64,000 nt of DNA from Octopus sinensis (taxonomy: Eukaryota): positions 5,394,001 through 5,458,000 of the forward strand of contig NC_043017.1 in assembly GCF_006345805.1 (NCBI RefSeq). The letters run 5' to 3'. Shown piece after piece: positions 62,528 to 64,000 of the stretch (positions are counted from its first letter, which is position 1; each line of letters begins with the position of its first letter). The notes beneath the pieces are model-generated. The model was not told where the DNA came from and did not search any database. It saw only the letters and a list, made by a program, of their open reading frames with translations. Position numbers and translations under genes: made by a program.

Positions 62528-63239
62528 TTATGCGTGTCGCTCATCTTCTATTTAATGCTATAATCTTGCTCTTACCCAATTCAGACCACAAACACAATTT
62601 TTATTCCCATGATACCACTGATTTCACTAAGAAAGGCTCTTCAATATCACAGTGCTCTGTTTCATTTGCCTCGCAAGACATACAAATTTTGTGACTGAGC
62701 AACTGGGAGCCATTATTTTGGGTTCGATTTGCAATTAGTGCCTTATATTATCAAAGTCCGCGGCCAGCTGAGAACAAGTTCCTGATTCAATTCCAGTTTG
62801 TAGTTTTAGATTTTCTTTTTCAATTATCTGATGTCATTAATATTCTTAAGAAAGACATTAATGACAATAGTATTTACGGTTTGGCTCTAATGTAAATGGG
62901 AGACCTTCATAAAACAAGTCATTATCGTAATTGTATTCGGTGGAGGATTCTCGATAATTGTATCCGGGCCGCGGTTTCAGTCCCTTGTTAGAGTTTATTA
63001 CAGTAAATGCTTACGTCAAATATTCCCTTGGTAAATTTATCATTGACCACCATTATCATCAATAAAATTAAAACTGTTATGTCAAAGTAAGAATTTCTAC
63101 AATATGCACAGTAGAGTAAGAAACGATCAACTTCAGTGAGCGAAAATTTCTTCTAGGTTTCGAATCCTGCTTCAGATTATTTCATTTTATTTACTCCCTA
63201 TTAATTTTGTTGCTGAAAGAATGAACATCGCAATTTTCC

Positions 63240-63470
63240 GTTTCCCATTTTGCACTAAGTTTGATATTTTCGACGACGTAAGAAAGTAGTATTGAGGGAG
63301 ACTTCAGATCAAAAACGAAAGTTTCCTAAATCAAAAGAATGAGCCGGAGATCACAACTTCCGTGGATAAAAGTGTTGTAGGTCAAAAGAGCTTGCGAAAA
63401 GATCTGAAGCTTAAAAAATTTGTGGGTACTGCCACAGATCAAAAGTTTTCTGCTTCCGGTTGAAAGTGAT
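63240..63470 (+). pseudogene. Possible mariner transposase N-terminal relic
   Basis: LRKDLKLKKF / WVLPQI resembles mariner L..DL.L.K...RWVP; highly decayed, no TIR found. Confidence 0.3.
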
Positions 63471-64000
63471 CTCTTTTCATTTAACCCTTCAATGTATTTC
63501 AGAATGAAAGTAAAACGAACATCACACAATTGTTTTCTCCCCTTCGTCCAGTAATCATTTATGTATTGAGCCTTAAGCTTAAGAGATAATTCTAGTGATT
63601 GGTCACATTCTTTCTTCCGCTGCTGACATTAAACTGAGTCCTTGATTAAGGCACGTGTTTATCATGAAGTATAATAATGACTTTTCAACAAATGATGTCA
63701 TGAAGCTGGTATAAGATCCAGTTTAGAGAGACTTTATTTTCTACAATTATTCCCCCATTCTTTGTTGAAATATTTCGGTATTGTATGTATAAACAGATTT
63801 AAACACCTCGTCTCTAGATACAGTATGATTGTGGATAGAAAACGAGGAGTCAGCAGGGTTAATTTTAATCCTGTGTCGGGACTTCACCAGAGACTGTATA
63901 GCCTGTCCGTGGCGAGACTACTCAGGAACTTTCAGTTTCGTAATCAATCTCACACTTATAAGTCTAAAACTGTTTTTAAAAATTCTTATTCTTTGTGGCG

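Overview
Repeat-saturated, AT-rich animal DNA, almost certainly an octopus (Octopus-like coleoid) genome, judged from its SINE and LINE families and extreme microsatellite load. It has one 100-N scaffold gap (49598-49697). The only well-supported host gene is a + strand pair of exons (59201-59340 and 61801-61981) that splice in frame to a 106-aa C-terminus ending in a GPI-type signal; I cannot name the protein or place its upstream exons. The rest is mobile DNA and simple repeats: dozens of tRNA-derived SINEs (my labels: family A with two alternative tails, family B CORE-like with an internal microsatellite, family C/D/E), decayed R4/Dong-like, RTE and CR1/L2 LINE pieces, mariner relics, two non-autonomous Helitrons, hAT and Tigger-like MITEs, and Penelope-type termini carrying minimal hammerhead ribozyme motifs. 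The most notable observations are a tRNA-headed, hammerhead-bearing element with inverted ends (5378-5689), a hammerhead family whose core may natively be the U4C variant, a 226-bp templated insertion into a mariner relic, SINE multimers with a fixed junction, and R4-like insertions in (TAA)n tracts. Nearly all ORFs in the supplied track are artefacts of microsatellites or SINEs. All alignments were done by eye, and coordinates of degenerate repeats are approximate (about +/-10-20 bp).
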